NCBI GenBank assembly: GCA_000092065.1
Contig: CP000581.1
From: Ostreococcus lucimarinus
Lineage: Eukaryota
Reading direction: 5' to 3' (one strand)
Length of the DNA stretch: 64,000 bases
The position numbers and the translations under genes were made by a program. Of the stretch, positions 60,335 to 64,000 are shown one piece after another. Numbering within the stretch: position 1 is the first letter of the stretch; every line of letters begins with the position of its first letter. Below the pieces are notes generated by a model. That model was given only the letters and a program-made list of their open reading frames with translations, was not told the DNA's origin and ran no database searches.

Positions 60335-61591
60335 ATGCGGCGCCTGCCCCCGCGCGGGGTCTCCAGAGGCATCCCGCCGCGATGCGGCGTCATTTCGCGC
60401 TCATTCGCCTCCGTACCGAACCGTCCCGGCGCGTCAGGCGCGTCAGGCGCGTCCCGCCTCGGCATCGGCTTTTTCCTTGGCGTCACCGCCGGCGCTTCCG
60501 CGGCGTATACCTACGCCCGCCGCACGCTCGTCAAGGAAGATGACGCGCAAAGCGACGTCGTCGCCGAGCGCGCGACCGTCGTCGAGGACGACAGCGTCGA
60601 GCACGCCGCACTGAAACACGGTTGGCCGTTGGACTCGAGCGCGACGGTGCACTCTAAAAAATCATACGCCCACGCCTTCGACGGGCGCACGCGCAATCCG
60701 CGGTGGGTGATGGAGAAGATAACCCCCGACACGCTCGCCGGACCGGGAACGCGGAAGAAATCGGACTTTTACGAGGACGAGGAGGTGTCCTGGAAGCATC
60801 GCTCTAGACTCGACGCGTTTCGCGGAAGCGGATACGATAGGGGACATTTGGTCGCGGCGGCGGATCAAAAGGGAAGTCAGGAAGAAATGGACGCGACGTT
60901 TGCGCTATCAAACATTTCGCCGCAAATCGGTCCAGGATTCAATAGGGATTTTTGGGCAAAGTTCGAGCAATTTGTGCGAGACGCGGCGAGCGAATCGTCG
61001 TCGAAAGCCGCTTACGTAGCCACGGGGCCGCTCTTCTTGCCGAGCCGTCGCGATCGAGGCGCCACAGACGACGGTGCGATAGAGAGAGTAGAGGGTGGGA
61101 GTCTACCTAGGCCCACGGAGTGGGAGATGCGATATCCAATGCTTGGCGAGCCGCCAGCGATGATGGCGGTACCGACGCACTTCTTCAAAGTCATCTTGGT
61201 GGAAGGAAAGGACGATACCGTATCATGTGCGGCGTTCGTTCTTCCGAACGCGCCGATACCAAACAACTTTCCTTTGCGACGTTTCGTCGTTCCTTTGACT
61301 GATCTCGAAGTTGTGAGTGGTCTTGAATTCTTTAAACGTGGATTAGCCGGTGAAGAACGTCAGACGTACGAACGAGTGGAGCGTTCATTTCTAACAAAAA
61401 CGGCAAAGCAGCTCCCTGGTGCTGGAAAAATTCCAAGTTTGCCTGCGACGAGTCAGAGATCGCCAGTGCAAGAGGTAGACGGCAGCGGCCCGAAGGCCCG
61501 GAAGCGATGGGTCGCAATCCGACATTTGTGTGAGACGACGGCTTGCGAGGTGAAGGCGAGTCGCTGGGATCGCGTGGAGAGGAAGTCTTAG
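60335..61591 (+). CDS. ENDOG: Endonuclease G-like DNA/RNA non-specific nuclease (mitochondrial)
   Basis: 'GSGYDRGHLVAAAD' (DRGH active site), 'NISPQ', 'NRDFWAKFEQ'. Presequence. Confidence 0.75.
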   Translation: MRRLPPRGVSRGIPPRCGVISRSFASVPNRPGASGASGASRLGIGFFLGVTAGASAAYTYARRTLVKEDDAQSDVVAERATVVEDDSVEHAALKHGWPLDSSATVHSKKSYAHAFDGRTRNPRWVMEKITPDTLAGPGTRKKSDFYEDEEVSWKHRSRLDAFRGSGYDRGHLVAAADQKGSQEEMDATFALSNISPQIGPGFNRDFWAKFEQFVRDAASESSSKAAYVATGPLFLPSRRDRGATDDGAIERVEGGSLPRPTEWEMRYPMLGEPPAMMAVPTHFFKVILVEGKDDTVSCAAFVLPNAPIPNNFPLRRFVVPLTDLEVVSGLEFFKRGLAGEERQTYERVERSFLTKTAKQLPGAGKIPSLPATSQRSPVQEVDGSGPKARKRWVAIRHLCETTACEVKASRWDRVERKS

Positions 61592-61744
61592 GATTGAATT
61601 AGCGTCCAATGTTAATATTAAAAACAAACTTGTGGTGAAAGAACTATGCATCGCAAGCCACGGCATATGCTATGGTCGAGACTTATTTAATGAGCGGCGC
61701 ACACGGTATTACCATAGTACGTTGTGCAGGACTACAGTGTAGGA

Positions 61745-63916
61745 CTACACGTAATCAGACTCCGGGTGAGTGTCGAGGAAGAGAAGCTCTTGGTACGTCG
61801 CGAGAGTCCAATCTTCCGGCGGGCATCGGCCTTCGAATTCATCGATGACATCACGGATGGAAACCATGGTTTCGAGGCGCATCTTGCGAGCGATTTGAGC
61901 AGCCTTGTGTTCGTCAGACTCCGCAGCGGCGTGGATGGACGCGATGGCGCCCTTGAGTGTCTTGACGGCGTCGTTGAGCTTGCCCGGGTTACCCAGGTCG
62001 GCACGCTTGACGGAGGGGATCACGTGTTGGTTGATCATGTCGATCATCGTCAAAGCTTCCATCTCGACGCTACCGATGTAGTGGCCGAGGAGCACGGACT
62101 TGCGAGCTTCGCATTCTCTGGCGGAGAAGATACCCATCTTCTCAAAGAGGTCGACGTTCTTGGCGCTGTCGAGCTCGTTAATGGCGTCGCAACCAGCATC
62201 GATGCGCCACACACCGCGCTTAACGGCCTCATCCGGCCATTCCGGATCGTAACCGTTACCGTTGAAAACGCACTTGTCGTGCTTGGTCAACAAGTCTTGT
62301 GCGATGGAGAGCGCCTTGTCGCCCTTTTCGAGGCGGTCAGCAACGATACCAAACGCTTCGGCGGCGATGGTGTTCAACACCGTGTTGACCATGGCAACGT
62401 TTTGGGAAGAGCCGGCGGCGCGGAACTCGAAACGGTTACCACCGTACGGGAACGGAGAGGTACGGTTACGATCTTCGGCCGGCACTTCGATCGACGGGAT
62501 GCTGTCGGTGCCGAAGTTGAGCGGCTTCTTTTGCGGCGTGTACGTACCAAGGGTACCATTCTTCACGTTGTTCATGAACTCCGTGATGGACGGGCCGAGG
62601 TACGTGGACATAACAGCCGGCGGCGCTTCCATGGCGCCGAGACGGAAGTCGTTGCCCGGGGACGCGATGGCGAGGCGCATCAAGTCACCGTGCTTGTCGA
62701 TGGCGGAAACCATAGCGGCCATGACCAACGGGAAGATCTCAGCGTTGCCAGTCTTCGCGTTAACTTGCTTCGGGTTCATCAAGTTAAGCCCATCGGAGGT
62801 ACCGATAGACCAGTTGTTGTGCTTACCGGAACCGTTGATGCCGTCGAACGGTTTTTCTTGGAGAAGCGCCGCGAGGCCGTGCTCGGAGGCGACTTCTTCG
62901 ATGATTTGCATGATCATCAAGTTTTGGTCAACTTGCGAGATCGCGTTGCCGAACATCGGGGCGAACTCGTATTGGTTCGGCGCAACTTCACGGTGTCGAG
63001 TCTTCAACGGGATACCCATCTTGAAGCACTCTTGTTGGATTTGACGCATGCACTCGAACGCGGCGGTGGCGCGGGAGATCGGAGCCATGTAGTGGTCGCT
63101 CATCTCTTGGCCACGAGCCGGGAACTTACCGGTAATGGTACGGCCAGTGAATTGAAGATCCGGGCGGCGGTAGTACGCATGGCGCGGCACCAAGAAGATT
63201 TCTTGCTCCAAACCAATGTTGGCGTAGACGGAGGCGGAGCCGACGTCGTAGCCCATCGCCTTGAGCATGCGCTTCGTTTGCTTGTCCAAAGCGGTAGTGG
63301 CGCGGTGAAGCGGCGTCTTCTCGTCGAGGGCATCGCCGTTGTAAGAAACGAAACCGGCCGGGATGAACACGGTGTCTTCGCGCAAGAAGATCGGCGAAGA
63401 CGGGTCGATGGAAAGGTAACCGCCGGCGGTGTGCGTCGCGCGCATGCCGCCGTTCGGGTAAGAGGAACCATCCGTCTCCCCTTGGAGGAGCTGTTCGCCC
63501 GTGAAGGAGTAGAACGGGGTACCATCCGCCGCGAAATCAAACATAGACTGGTGCACTTGACCAGAGTTACCGTGACGCACACCCGAGGAGCCCATCGGTT
63601 GGAACCAGTGGCAGTACACCGAGGCGCCGTTGTCCACGGCCCAGTCGAGCACCGCCTTGGCGACGATATCCGCCTTCGCCATATCCTTGGTCCAGTTCCC
63701 GTTCGCGAGCAACGTCGCAGATTCGCCGTATTTACTCAAGTACTTGTCCGCGACCGCACCCTTGAAGCATCCAGACCCGAAACCTTCCGTCGTCGCCGGC
63801 CCCGAGCTCATGGACAACATCGCATTCACCCGCGATCCTCGCACGACGCGCGCCTTCTTCGCCTCACCGCGCAGCGCGCGCGCCTTCGGCGCCAGGTTCA
63901 CTTTTTGGCTCAACAT
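61745..63916 (-). CDS. GLNIII: Glutamine synthetase type III (GSIII)
   Basis: About 720 aa with a GS catalytic core and GSIII-specific N- and C-terminal extensions ('NGNGYDPEWPDEAVKRG'). Confidence 0.75.
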   Translation of the reverse strand: MLSQKVNLAPKARALRGEAKKARVVRGSRVNAMLSMSSGPATTEGFGSGCFKGAVADKYLSKYGESATLLANGNWTKDMAKADIVAKAVLDWAVDNGASVYCHWFQPMGSSGVRHGNSGQVHQSMFDFAADGTPFYSFTGEQLLQGETDGSSYPNGGMRATHTAGGYLSIDPSSPIFLREDTVFIPAGFVSYNGDALDEKTPLHRATTALDKQTKRMLKAMGYDVGSASVYANIGLEQEIFLVPRHAYYRRPDLQFTGRTITGKFPARGQEMSDHYMAPISRATAAFECMRQIQQECFKMGIPLKTRHREVAPNQYEFAPMFGNAISQVDQNLMIMQIIEEVASEHGLAALLQEKPFDGINGSGKHNNWSIGTSDGLNLMNPKQVNAKTGNAEIFPLVMAAMVSAIDKHGDLMRLAIASPGNDFRLGAMEAPPAVMSTYLGPSITEFMNNVKNGTLGTYTPQKKPLNFGTDSIPSIEVPAEDRNRTSPFPYGGNRFEFRAAGSSQNVAMVNTVLNTIAAEAFGIVADRLEKGDKALSIAQDLLTKHDKCVFNGNGYDPEWPDEAVKRGVWRIDAGCDAINELDSAKNVDLFEKMGIFSARECEARKSVLLGHYIGSVEMEALTMIDMINQHVIPSVKRADLGNPGKLNDAVKTLKGAIASIHAAAESDEHKAAQIARKMRLETMVSIRDVIDEFEGRCPPEDWTLATYQELLFLDTHPESDYV

Positions 63917-64000
63917 CGACTATTTTCGCGCGCACCAGCGTCCGTCAGTCATCGCGCACGCCTCCGATGGGTTCGCCAACAATTACCCTCCCTCATCGAC

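Noticed and set aside
1-64000. Prokaryotic or giant-virus origin of the window
   Set aside because: The window contains spliceosomal introns, eukaryote-specific genes (cohesin SA, Paf1, proteasome, EXO1, La, Bdp1), organellar presequences, and no operon-like co-orientation or viral hallmark genes.

Overview
The window reads as compact, very GC-rich (~65%) eukaryotic nuclear DNA, most consistent with a green picoalga of the Mamiellophyceae (Micromonas-like). The basis is the gene content (LHC, thylakoid FtsH, Deg protease, AP2/ERF, LSD1 zinc finger, cohesin SA, proteasome, Paf1, EXO1 and others), short spliceosomal introns that all start GTGCG, and Ala/Arg/Thr-rich N-terminal presequences. I can support roughly 47 protein-coding genes on both strands, mostly intron-less, with many divergent gene pairs whose start codons lie 40-160 bp apart. 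No rRNA, tRNA, CRISPR or clear transposon was recognised. Product calls rest on motif-level recognition from memory, since no search could be run. Because of the GC content every frame carries long spurious ORFs, so many ORFs in the track are rejected as artefacts. There is no obvious foreign, viral or large novel multigene system. The most unusual items are: (1) a near-perfect 80-bp-arm inverted repeat in a bidirectional promoter; (2) a tandem gene pair encoding a GPI/TM-anchored PHB-depolymerase-like esterase and a plant-type LRR ectodomain fused to two fungal-type CBM1 modules; (3) two JMJD5-like JmjC paralogues about 18 kb apart; (4) a ~130-bp tandem duplication in the promoter shared by a monothiol glutaredoxin and a GNAT acetyltransferase; (5) a membrane protein with two degenerate Cu/Zn-SOD-like domains; and (6) a type III glutamine synthetase.
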